A stretch of 63,257 nt of DNA, filler included, from Reticulomyxa filosa (GCA_000512085.1; 14 parts of 14 records of this genome joined end to end with filler, not necessarily neighbours in it), one strand, 5' to 3'; numbered from the whole stretch's first letter, positions 1 to 12,261 are shown. The notes: a model not told the origin generated them from the letters alone. Numbers and translations are program-made.

Positions 1-72
1 TTTTTTTAATGAAAGATATAAATAGTTTTTTTTTTATTTAAAAAAAAAAAAAAAGGGGGGTCAACCCATTAC

Positions 73-830
73 CTCATTATTTTTATAGCTGAATGCGCGC
101 TGCCAATTAACTGCAGAGGCATACTTTTCCAATACATCCACAAACAATACTTGCTTGTTTTGCTCTGCACATCGACATGCATATATACAAATTTCGTCCT
201 ATATTATATATGTGCATATACACACATACATGGCTGACGACCTGTTGTTCATCTCTTTCATTTGGAAACAAAGAGGAAATGGACAGTCTTCAAACTGATT
301 TTATGTCATTGTCCACGATCTCCTTGATTTTTTCGAGATATTTCACGTGGAGAGTGTCCGCCTATGTGCACACATATTTTTCAATGCAGTTACACGCAAG
401 CGTACACAATTTTTTTTTTGGATATGGTCATATCGCAGTAATTGATCCAATAAATACTTATACCAAATCAGATTTTTCGTCTTTCGACTCGCTCATGATC
501 TTTCTTCAGTTTCTTGGTCTATTTAGCTTTCCCCAAGCCTTTCAAAAAAAAAAGAACGAAAAAAAGGTACAACGTAGTTGTACATGTTTTTGCAATAATG
601 TAATAATTTATTTTTAAACACTGCTATCTTGTTTCCAAAAAAATTACAAACATTTGAGATTTTCCATGAGACCAGCAATCAGTAGTGCAGGTATCAGTTA
701 TTTGCTTTAAATAATCACACATTCTCACTTTAATAGATACAGTCTTTTCGTAGGACTTGACCTTCAACGTACGTACTTTTAAATTCATTGGGCGTATTTT
801 TGCAAATTGCAAAAAGAAACCGATATGATC
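73..830 (-). pseudogene. Spliced gene relic of unknown family with in-frame stops
   Basis: Minus-strand exon-like blocks with AG/GT edges (ADTLHVKYLEKIKEIVDNDIKSV*RLSISSLFPNERDEQQ; AEQNKQVLFVDVLEKYASAVNWQRAFSYKNNE). TGA at 290-292; TGA/TAA/TGA in one frame at 506-508, 458-460 and 428-430. Confidence 0.45.
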
Positions 831-951
831 TAAATAAAGAATGTTCTTTTGTGTTTGAGGAAGGGAAATGAAAAGAAGTGGACGGTTCCCTCAGTATCTC
901 CTCAACATTATTTTCTTATAGTGGAAGATTTCTTACAAATCCTTTTGCACG

Positions 952-2747
952 ATGCTGATGTGTAACAAGAATGGCTGTTATTCTGAAAATGGATATGTTG
1001 CAGAATCAGCCACTCTGACAGAGGAGTCGGACGACGAGATGATATTGAACAAGTGGAGCTTTTCAATGTCGATTTCGGCAAAGAGTATTTTACCAGGGTC
1101 ACAAAGTATGCACAATGACGGTACACAGCATAAAGAGGGAGTATATGCGGACACTGAAACATTGTCGAGTTTCGTACATTCCGCGTCAGGAAGTCCACAC
1201 GGAAATGAACACAGCAACATTTGTGGGACGCAATCTCTCAGTACCGTCACCGAAGCAAAGCTCTCTACAGAAAGCGCAAGCAAAGGCAAGTTTTTGTGTT
1301 TTCCTTTTGCAATAAATACGTACTTGTCACATTTCCATTTCTTTTTTTTTTTTTTTAAAACAAAACAAAACAAAACAAAATGGAAAGGAATTCGTCCAAA
1401 AAAATACAAGATCGTCAAACAGTTGATGACAGGATCGTCATCAACGGTATACGTCGTGCAATCGGATGAACCAGAAAATAGCAACCAGTTTTATGCCATG
1501 AAAATCATCCCGGTTATAATTATGTTTATACGTATGTTTATTTTTCCATTAACATTCAAAAAAAAAAAAAAGTGAGAAAAAAAAAATTTGTATGCACGCA
1601 TAATTATAAAAAAGTTTACAAGTGAGCTGAACGAACCATTGTTTTGGAATGAATGTGGTCATTTGTCCAAGTTGAAAGACGTCCCCGGAGTAATACAGTA
1701 AGTGTTTGGCAACAAAAAATTGAAAAAAGTCAGGAACAAGGGGAGGGGGGGAGGGGGGAAAAAAGAAAGGGGAGAGGGTATGTGAGTGCAAGAGAAAAAG
1801 TGTGTATGCTTTGCATATTTTAAAAAAAAATTTTTTTTGAATTAAAAAAAAAAAAAAAAAAATGGAAAATTATTTTTATCACGGTAATCGTGGGCTTATT
1901 GTAACGGAATTAGCATCTTATGATTTATTCAGTTACGTTTGTGCTCATTATTTTTTTGAAGAAGCACAACAACAGCAACAAAAAAAAAAACAAATCAAAA
2001 GGCGTAGAAGCGAATACTCGGAATGCTCGATGGATTATCCGATCATTGTTAAATACGGTGAAACACTTGCATGAAAGAAACATCGCACATCGAGATATCA
2101 AGCCAGAGAACGTGGTGATATTCGAACGAGAACACTTAGCACTGCAAGCGAAAGCGCTACAAGGACAGCAAGAGCAGATGAAAGAAAAGAATGAGGAACA
2201 AAAAAGTTGGAAAGCTGAGAAAGAACGACAAAAACCAAGAGGGAAGCGTATAGAAGTCAAGCTAATTGACTTCGGCAATGCGGTGAGTGGAGACAATTGG
2301 CACAAGTCAAATGAAATGGTTGGAACTTTGAATTACATGTCACCAGAAAGGTACAATCCAGCACAGCAACAGCTATGGCATGAATGGAGTGGTGACATGT
2401 GGAGTATTGGCGTGGTCACCTTTGAGCTGTTATTTCAACAGCGGTTGTTTGAATTAGATCAAGAAGTCCATGCCCTTAAAGCACAAATCTGTCAAGGACT
2501 TTGGTCGTTTCCTACCACAAACCAATCTCAACTTTCCATGTCTGATTTAGAATGGTTAGCCGCAAAGCATTTTATCAATCATTTGCTTGTCATTGATCCC
2601 AAGCAAAGAACCACTGCTGCCTATGCACTTAAACATCCTTGGCTATGTCGCAGCAACAAAACCAACTCCATTAAGCAGTTGAGACATAGAATGCATCTGT
2701 GGGAAAAACGTATCACCACTTATGCTCCGTCATCAAAAAAGTATTGA
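952..2747 (+). CDS. Ser/Thr protein kinase, CAMK-like, multi-exon
   Basis: Kinase motifs in order: YKIVKQLMTGSSSTVY, YAMK, LFWNE, IVTELASYDLF, HRDIKPEN, LIDFGNA, VGTLNYMSPE, DMWSIGV, DPKQRTTAAYALKHPW. Introns at ~1286-1387 (GC donor), 1513-1614 and ~1697-1860. A 1-nt frameshift lies in the A11 run at 1980-1990. Confidence 0.9.
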
Positions 2748-4144
2748 AACAACCCCTTTTTTTTTCCTCTCTTTTCCTTTTACGTAACTATATGAAAAAA
2801 AACTCGCCGATTGTTGGACTGAGAAAAACGAAAAAATGTGGAAAAACTTTCTTTTTTTTTTTTTGTGTTCTTTTTTCTGACTTTTTTTTTCTCCTGTGTC
2901 AGTCAAGTAATTTATTTCTTCTCTTTCTTCAAAAAAAAAAAAAGGTGTAATTTGTGCAACCATTTTTTTTTTAATCTGTACATTTTGCAGATGGTTTTTT
3001 TTTCGTCGTTATTGCTTTTCATCTGCCGTCCTTGCTTTTTTTGGTTTTGTTTTTTTCTTCTTTTTTTAATTTGATTGGTTGTTCGTGTAATGGAATGACA
3101 AGGGTTTGTAAAGTATTAAAATTGTCCCTGCAAGGAAAGCAATGAAAGAGGAAGGGAAAAAACAGACACGAGAAAACAGTGAGGTACAAATGATTTGTGT
3201 CATTTAAATTTGTAAAATTGTTTGAATCGACGTTTTTTTTCTATTATTTTGATTTGTTTTGGTTTTTGTTTTTGTTCCCTCTCTCCTCTTCCTCTTTTTC
3301 GTTTTGTTCGCTTTTTTTTTCCCTGATTTGTCGAACAAAAAGCTCCCTCTTTTGTTTTTCCTCCTGTTTTTTTCTGTTTGTTTGTTCGGTTTTTTCCTCT
3401 GCAGCAACAGTAATTCAAAGAAATTGTAGTGTTCTGACTTTTTTTGGTGTTTGTTTTTATATTTGGTGTTTGATGCTCTTGGACAAGTTCTGTCGATTTC
3501 AATATTTCATACACTTTATCAACTTTTTTTATGCCGGTTTTGGTATCGATAAATGTTGTCAAATTTGTGTCAAAGCTTTTTAATTTGAAGTTGGTTTACA
3601 AAACATGTGTCAACATTTCTATCTCTTTTTTCACTTATCATTAATCACAACTTGTTTTTCTGAATCAATTTTGACGAATTTTATATCTACAAAAAGCAAA
3701 CTAAATAAATTAACATCTTTAAAATTCAAACAATAGTGAAAACGGAACAAGGACGGTTTCCTTGTGGCTCATTGTTAATATGAAGTTTCCTAGTGAACAA
3801 ACAAAAAAAGCGTTTGTCCGCTGGCCAACACGTAATAATATGCCCACGGGCAAAATAAAACAATACATCGTGCAGCACAAAACAACTAAGTTGGGCGTGT
3901 TTTTTGGTTTTGTGCTCTGGGTTTTTTTCTAACTTCTCATCTGCCTAGAAACTTTAAAGCATTATCACAAAACATTTGTTTCTTTTTGCTAATAATTTCA
4001 TACGCTGTGGCTTCAATAGTAGATTTTGCTTGAATAAAGATTGTGTTTAAGCCGAATCAAAATTGCACCTACTAGTGACAAACTAAAATCTCCATTCACA
4101 AGTGGTGCGTTAAGACACCCTTTTGGGGCAAAGAACGCTTGCGA

Positions 4145-7100
4145 ATGTTGCACGACCAAACACGACGAAATGTGGAAGAAACTTTGAAAAAGAGGATTGA
4201 ACAAGGGCTGGCTGCATTTCAATCTGAATTGAAGCCGAACACAAACGTGAACAAGCAACTTTGATTTTTTTTTTTTTTTTTTTTTTGTTCATTCAACGTA
4301 TACCATTTAGTAATCTTACGTAGTTTTATTTAATTTCTTTTTTTTGCTTGTTTCTTATTGTCACTTTTTTAATATTTTTTAAGCTACAAAAAAAAAACGT
4401 TGCTGGACTTATGAACAGATCAATGTGTTTCCATTGAAAGATAAGCCTGAAGAATGGTATGTTGATTTTATTTTATTGTTAGTGATTATTATTGAATTTC
4501 AACTTTATGTAGGTTTCAAAAGAAAAAAAAAAAAAAAATGACCCCAAAAAAGTTTTGTTGTATGTTGTTGTGATTGGTTCGGAACTTGAATGGAAAGGCA
4601 TTTCAACATATGGCCAAAAACTGGAAGTCTTGCAAATGTGTGCATCCATGGGACAATTGAATTTCCCCGTGAATATCCGAAAAGACCACCTACAATCGAA
4701 ATTGCATCACCCATTGCGCAATCTAACATTTTGTCGAACCATCCTTATGTTCTCGATGTCAACCACAAACTAATTGTCAAATTGCCTTTGCTGCAATGTA
4801 TGCAAAAAAAAAAAAAAATCAAAACAACAAAAACAATTGCGTGATCCCGTTAGGAACGTGAATTTGAAATTTCTTGAAAAATTTTTTTTTTTATTCCCTT
4901 TTTTTTCCCTTCACCCCTCTTCTTCTTTCTTCCCATCCTCTTGCTCTCCTTGAGTGCTCTTTCTTCATGAAGGTCAAACAAATGACACGAAGGAAAGAAT
5001 ATCTTTTGCGCAAATGAGGAGCTGGCTTTTTTTTAAAGTTTAGATTACTATAAATAATAACAATTGGTGAAGGATGACTTAAACAAAAAGGGGGAGGAGG
5101 GGGGGGGGGGTAGAAAAATAAAAAAAATGAAAATTAGAGGTGATAAAATAGATATTTGATTGAGTCGAGAAAATAATAAACACAAATACAAACATACATG
5201 AAAAAAAACTCCAACAAACGGATAAATAAATACAAAGCCTCATGGCAAGCCACGACATCTGTGAGCAGCATATTGGCAGATTTGTGTCTGATTTTCGACG
5301 GAATGACAGCAAAAAAAGAAGATATAAACACAGTGAAACAACAAATAAGCCAATATACTTGCATGTGGTGTGGTCATACGAATGACAAACCCATACCGGC
5401 CAAAGGAATATCCTATGGAGCAACCAAAAGTGACTTTACAGAAATGAAGGGACGCGAACCGTTAGACATTGTCAACAACTCTCAAGTATGGGATGATGCC
5501 AAAGTACCTGACATTGGTTAATTTTATTTCTTTCTTTATTTGTGAATGCATGTATTTTGCATCACAAAAAAATAAAAGACATACACGAAATGCGCAATTG
5601 CGTTGCGTATAAGAGAAGGAAAAGAAAAGACTGTAGACAATACCCTCTTTCATCTCCTTTTTTTTTTTTTAAAAAAAAAATCAATTGTGATGTTTTGTTG
5701 TGTTTGTTTGTGTCCAGAATGCAATTATGCGCGAGTTTATTTTGAAACGGAGATAGTACGCATACATGTGGGACTGAACAACTTGACTGGTGCACAAGTG
5801 GGATGGAGCCTGAAAGACTCGTTGGACGACAGCGGAGAGTTTGAATTTGTGGCCCTTGGAAACCGCTACTCAGCAACAGGGGTGGCATCACTTTTGTTGC
5901 ACAAAAAACCTTTCGAATTGGCGTACACTCAAGAACAGAAAATAGGATTTTCTGACGGAGATTTTGTGGTGTCTGCTGCAGACTTTGATAATGGGACATT
6001 TAGCTTTTTCGTCAATGGGAAAGAATGTGTCACTTTTCCCATGCCACCTTCATTCCGAAATGGAACAATCACTCCCTTTGTCGGGCTTGCGGTATGAATG
6101 TTTTCTCCCCCTTCTACTCTTCTCAGACAACCTTCAACCCATTTTCTCTCTGCCTTTTCCAAAAAGCATTCTCCCATTTCCATTTCCATTTCCATTCCAA
6201 TGTTTCAACAACAATAATGGTAAAACACACAATAGCAAGGACATATGCGATTGCACTTTTGTGAGTCAAGATTCCCCATCGATAAGTTGAAAAGCTACTT
6301 GACCATTGAAGAGTACAACTCACAAAACAAGGGACAGTATTTATGGGATACGGGCGAAAGTGTGTTGTGGCAGGAACTATTTCGTTATGGAGTGAGAGAG
6401 AAAGAGACCACACAGTCCACACATCCGGAACAGTACAGAGCGCACAAATTCGTATTACAAATTTTTGAGCACTTGGCTCTTCAAGATTTAGCACAATGCC
6501 GTATGTGTTGTGATTTATATTTTGTGTATTTTTTTTTTTTTTTTTTTCTTTTTAATTTTTATATTTGTATTTGATATATTTACAAATTTTTTTCTCTCAT
6601 TCACCTCTTATCTATCCCTTATCCTCATTGTCCCTTTGTGTTTCTTCTTCTTCTTCTCCTTCTTCTCCATTACAGATTGTGTGTGTGGCATGTGGAACCA
6701 CATTTTGAAACAATCTCAAATATCGCCTTTATCGAAGTTGAAATGCTACTACTCCAACAAAACCTTCAAGGAAACAACCATCGGAATGATGTTGCAACTT
6801 GACTTTAAACAGGTATCCAGTAAAAGCACCGCGAAAAAGGCACTTACCAAATTTCGTGTCTCTCCAGACCGTATCTCAGTGCTTGCATGGACCAAGAATA
6901 TTCAATATGACTCTGCCAAAGAAGAGTTTACTCATATTTTGCCACTCGTCATTAATCCCACACACGCAGAGAGGGCATTTTCGGACATCAAGAAATACAT
7001 CCCTTTACTTTCTCCTGGAGGTCTCTTCACTCCCAAAGGTGCTTTGGATATCATCTGTGAATTGCTTAATGCGTTAAGTCGACTCCAAACAATTTTATTA

Positions 7101-10100
7101 CCAAAGGAGTTTTTTTTTTCCGCATGCCCCCTTCTCTTATGTTTATGTTTACGTTCACGTCGACATTTGAACTGAAATGTGGTCGAAACAAGAAAAATAT
7201 GTCGATAACCAAATATGACAACAATAAAAATGGAAAATAAAATAAAATATGAACATTAGAAACGTGGAATTGCTGAGTAATCAATTTTCAGGGAAAAAGG
7301 TTCCTTCTCGTGAACAAATTACGCATGCATTGTCAGTGTGGTTTAGCCTGCATCATCTGCTGTTGCATTTACGATTTCTCTTTCCCGAAATGGTTGACCA
7401 AGCTGAAGAGTGTATCAACAAGTTTTTGCCAGTAACGAGCGAGCGCGGCCGTGAGGACATACCCCAGCTGGGCAAAGTTGTAATGTACTTGTTGTTAACC
7501 CCTTCTTTCGATTGGCATGCGATTCGCCGACCATTGATAGAAGAGCAATTTTGTCGAGATGTCCCCACGTACATATCCATCCACAGACAATTGGAAGATT
7601 TGGAAACACCAACCAAAGATCGTCTGCGTTTGACCTTTGAGTCTACCGAAAAGTCGCGACGAAAGTTGATGTTGCTATTTGTATTTTTGACACAATTTGG
7701 TTGTTTGGGTGGCATTCAAGTCAAAAATATCTTTGACCATTATAATCGTACGTACGGTGGCTACGTTGGTGTGGCTGCTTTGCGATTGGAGGTCTGATAT
7801 CTTTTTTTCTTTGTATGATTTGTTTTTTGTTTTTTGAGTGTGTTCTTGTTCGTTATGTTTGATGGTTTGTCCCTCTTCCCCTCTTCCCCTCTTCCCCTCT
7901 TCCCCAGGGTGTTTTTTTTTGTTTTTTTTATCTGTGCGTACAAACAAAAAAGAATAAAATTTTCTCGCTGACGTTGGGCACGACACCGATCTCAAAATAG
8001 GAAGCCTGTGGGAACATGATGAAGTGCAAAGATTGGATCGATACTTTCCAATTTCTGTCCATCGAACTCAACGATGACAACATTAACAAATTATTGGTGA
8101 ACGCGCTGCGCGATGCAGATCGAAAGGGATACACGCAGGTCCTTCGAAAGCCACCTCAATCATTTGCGTCCGGTGAAGGAGTACGTTCAGGAGATGCCAA
8201 TGGAACTTCTCCAGGTCGCTCGTTTTCCCCTCGAGATTCGCAGGGAAGAGAAGGTGACAGGGGCTTTGGTGGACGATTACCGCGAGGCCGAACAAGAGGA
8301 GGAGGAGATTTTGGAAGAGAAGGTGGACGCGAAAAAGGTCGCGGCGGATTGAGCACCCGAGGTTCCGGCGAGTACTCGCGAAGAGGAGGAGGGGGTACGG
8401 GTGATGTTCGCTTTGACAAAGGAAGAGAAAATTGGGATAGAGACCGAGATCGCGATAGAGATAGAGATAGAGAAAGAGGAGGAGGTGGATTTGGAAGACG
8501 TGGTAGAGGCCGAGGATTATCTGATTCCGATGGTAGAAACTATCGAGACTCGGACCGAGGAGGAGGTAGAGAAGGTGATATGGGTAGAGGTAGAGAAGGT
8601 GATATGAGTAGAGGTAGAGGAGGCAGAGAAGGTGATATGGGTAGAGGTAGAGGAGGCATGGGCAGGAACCGAGATCGGGAAACGAATTGGGGCAAAGGCC
8701 GAGATAACCGAGAACGCGAGAGAAGACAAGTGTTAGGCGATGTTTCTGAACATGCAGCAATGTCTTACCCTGCGGAAGCCGTGACTAAAAAAGACCAATT
8801 GCCGGTCTTTTTGCAGTCGGGATTGCAACTTCAAGGCATTGACAAGTGGAGAAATGTCCAAGAAAAAGGATTACCGTTGGCGTGTGCAGGAAAAGATTGC
8901 ACTGTGTTGTCACCAGCTGGAAGTGGTAAATCCACTTTGGTCTCCATTGCTGCTTTGTATCGGCTGTACGTTAAAAAGGATCCCTCTCACGTCATTATCA
9001 TAGGCGGAGACAACTTCCACTGCAGCCATATGGCTAAGTTCATCGAGCGAATGGGGGAAAAAGTCCCTGATTTATCCGTTAGGTTTTTGGACGAAAGAAA
9101 AACCGATATGAGTAGAACTGATTATTCGCGAGGTCGAAATATTTACATTGGTTACGTAAAATGTTTTGTTTTGTTTTGTCTTTATTTCAATGAATCTTTG
9201 TTTTTTGTATATACACATATTACAAATATGCATATGTTATGGGTAGAGGGCGTCTATCTTTTCAGTCAGTTAAACAAAATTGCTCTCTCATTTGATAGGA
9301 AAACCACGCGTTATAAGCCTTCTCCTTGATGCAGGTAGAAAGAATATCACCGAGAATTTAACTGCGGTGTATTTAGTAGACGGTGACACATTGTTGAGCG
9401 AGTACCGAGAAGATGTGGAGAGGACCTTCCGATATATACCACAGGGTATTCCATGCGGGTTGTTTTCTAATTCCTGGTGCGAGCCTGTGCAAACCTTTTC
9501 CAAAGTAATACTTACGGAAACGGCATTAGTTGACTTGCGATCTGAACAAAAATTTTGTCACTGGTTTTCTGCTGTGCAAGATGAAAATGAAAGGGATTCC
9601 GTACTTTCTATGCTCTGCAAATTGAACCCGCATAAATCAGGTTTAATCTGGTGCAATGATTCGAAAGAGGTATGCATGAGGAGTTACATTCTTAAGTGCA
9701 CGTGTTCATTTGTTTAAAAAAAAAAAGGCACACTGGGTACATGACCTCTTGCGCTCCAGTGTTACTGTCGTTTTGCTGGATGAGCGACCAATTTTCCAAG
9801 AAGCAAACCGTTTGATTGAAAGTTTCGTTGCTGGAAAACTCCAATATATCATTTGCAATGAAAAATCTCCAGTTAATTGTGTGTTTTTGTTTATTTCCAT
9901 TGTTGAAGCAATAAACCGAATTTTTTTTTTTATAGTCGTTTGAATTATGGAAAACGCAAGCGCATGTAATTATTAACTACAACATATCCAACGCGGAACA
10001 ATATGCGAAACACATGGCTTGCACCGGAGTAACAACTGCACCAGTTCATGTATTGTCGTTTGTAGTGCGAAATAAGGCGCACATGTTTGGAGGGATCGAG

Positions 10101-10169
10101 AAAGGCTGTCAAATTGAATTGAAAGAAGTATCCAAGGATGTACAAGATGGGTTCAAACAGAAAAGCTAA
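4145..10169 (+). CDS. Multidomain protein: Cys-less UBC/E2-like + SPRY + F-box + E2-associated helical domain + RGG/RD region + degenerate eIF4A-like DEAD-box helicase
   Basis: Exons: 4145-4246, ~4384-4456, 4598-4797, 5238-5516, 5718-6091, 6236-6500, 6676-7072, 7260-7791, 8001-9150, 9299-9669, 9728-9871, 9936-10169. All junctions are GT-AG and phase-compatible except the first (A10 run). Motifs: WHFNIWP..IHGTIEFPREYPKRPPTI; VYFETEI..AQVGW..GDFVVSAADFDNGTFSFFVNG; LQIFEHLALQDLAQCHCVCGMWN; GIDKWRNVQ..SPAGSGKS. Confidence 0.8.
8565..8657 (+). repeat. Coding tandem repeat (GREGDMGR-like x3) within RGG/RD low-complexity region
   Basis: Unit ggtagagaaggtgatatg(g/a)gtaga occurs three times. An (RD)n dipeptide run lies at ~8436-8472. 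Confidence 0.85.
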
Positions 10170-11714
10170 GAGACGCAGCTCTGATTTATCCCTTGCGGGG
10201 TTTGTTCGTTTGTGTGCTTCATTTTGTGCACAAAAAAAACTGCAAAATAAAAATAAGATTTGATCTTTTTTTTTTGTTGTTGTGTTTTGTTGTACTTTTA
10301 ATTTTTGTGTAAGGTCAGTTTGCTCACTACTTTTTTTGCTCTTGTATTTCCTTTTGTCCAGTTGTTTGTTTTGTTTTGTTTTTACAAAATTTGGTGTGAA
10401 AGATTTTGTGTCAAAATGTGGGCTTGTGCAATATTGAAGTATGTTTTCCTTTCCTCATCCCTTTTCTTTTCTTGTTTTTTTTTTGTCACAATGTGATTGT
10501 GACAATTTTTTTGTTTTATTTTTTTTTTTGGGCTATGGAAAGAAAGATGCGTTTTTGAACTGGGGAATGGTCTTGCACACCCACACTTCGTTGAATAAAA
10601 ACAAAATAAAAACATACACACAAACAAACAAGTAAAACAAGGGTAAGAACTGTGTCTTTAATTCATTTTTTTTTATGTTGTTTGTTTGTTTTCCATCTCC
10701 TTGCCTTAACATAGAAATCAAAGGTGTTTTTAACCTTTTTGAAACCCTGTACGTTTGTTAGCAACATTTGTGTGATTTGGATTATTTTTGCTTGTCTCCG
10801 TGTTATGTTATACCCATGTCACTTGGAGCTTCTTCCTTCCATTTTCTAATAAAAGATGTGAAGTTCGCCGAACTCTATCTTACTTTCAGTAACATATTGA
10901 TATCTTAGTCAACTATAGTAATTTTTTTAATTATTACCTTCGAAACGTTGATGGAGGTTTAATTACTGAGCCTTTTGCTGAAAATGAGAAAATGTTGGGT
11001 GTAGTTTCAATTTTTTGTAGATTTCTAAAACTTTACAAAATACTAAATCGCAAATCTAATAGTCTTAGACGAATTGTGGTAGCACCGCCCAATCATTTTA
11101 TCTTATCACAGAATCTTTGGGCATAAATGCACTTTTTTGTGCAAGATATTAAATACAAAGCTTTTGTTCTTTCTTCTTTGGCATGTAGCATTTGTACAGA
11201 TCAATTATACCTATCAAAAAAAGATAATGCTTGTGCTTTGATGCAAGAACGAAATTATCAATTCAAAGAAGCCCATTCATCCAATAACAATCTTGGGAAA
11301 GGGAAGACAAAATAAAAAATAATAAAAAGCAAAACGAAAGTTGAACTCAATCCACACCCATAATCTTTTTCTTCCCCTCCTGTCGTCTTGTTTCCATAAA
11401 GGCTTGCCTAGTTTTTAGCATTAAATGTCAATCCGCCGACGAAACATATTACAAGACAGGTTTTTTCAGGACGATGTGAGCGAAGCGAGAAAAGACCGGA
11501 GGAGGGGGAAAAAAAGCACAACGAACAAGAACTAACACACAAACACAAACAAAACAAAATCAAAAACAAAACAAAAAACAATGCACAAAGATCTTCGATA
11601 ATTTTTTTGCTTTATTTATTATTTTTTTTTTTTTCTTTTTTTGATTTTTTAATGTGTTCGATAGGGATACTTTGGAATAATTTATTTGACTATAATGTAT
11701 TTGCATATTGAACT

Positions 11715-12161
11715 TTAATAACGGTCATAATACCCTCCATATCCAAAAGCAGAATGGTATTGATGTTGTTGAGGGACACTACCATCGTAATGATCATAGG
11801 CAGGATAATTGGCATAGATTGCGGTAGGATGCTGTGAAACGTTGAGACCGCTATTTGTAGTAGGATTTATATTAATGTTGACATTGGCATTGAGATTAGG
11901 ATTGACGTTATTATTACCATTATTGTTATTACTATTGCTGTTATTAGTATTATTGTTAGTGTTGATATTGTTATTGTTATTGGCATTGATATTAGTATTT
12001 GTATGAGCATTGGAATAGACGGTGGAAGGAGGTACAGAATGAGAGAAATTGGTTGAAGGAAAGCTCTTGTCTTTTAAATTGGAGTAAGTGTTTGGCATGT
12101 GTCTCGAGTGATGGGAATGAGACAACGATTGCTGCTGCTGTTGTTGTTGTTGCGAATGGAG
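11715..12161 (-). CDS. 3' end of a Gln/His/Asn-rich low-complexity protein, truncated by the contig edge
   Basis: Open frame from the gap with poly-Gln then poly-Asn, ending YGGYYDRY*. Confidence 0.5.
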   Translation of the reverse strand, partial: LHSQQQQQQQQSLSHSHHSRHMPNTYSNLKDKSFPSTNFSHSVPPSTVYSNAHTNTNINANNNNNINTNNNTNNSNSNNNNGNNNVNPNLNANVNININPTTNSGLNVSQHPTAIYANYPAYDHYDGSVPQQHQYHSAFGYGGYYDRY

Positions 12162-12261
12162 NNNNNNNNNNNNNNNNNNNNNNNNNNNNNNNNNNNNNNN
12201 NNNNNTTAATTAATTAANNNNNNNNNNNNNNNNNNNNNNNNNNNNNNNNNNNNNNNNNNNN
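12162..12261. other. Artificial contig linker N44-TTAATTAATTAA-N44 (stops in all six frames)
   Basis: Identical 100-nt linkers also start at 13445, 27652, 31733, 34288, 36128, 38090, 41055, 52486, 54557, 55759, 60141 and 61745. Confidence 0.97.

Noticed and set aside
290-508. TGA reassignment (alternative genetic code or selenocysteine)
   Set aside because: Other genes end in TGA (2747, 46466, 51174), long conserved exons contain no in-frame TGA, and a TAA occurs in the same frame.
2750-3600. Phe-rich and Lys-rich ORFs (also at 10305-10720 and inside many introns)
   Set aside because: Translations of poly-T/poly-A UTR and intron sequence.
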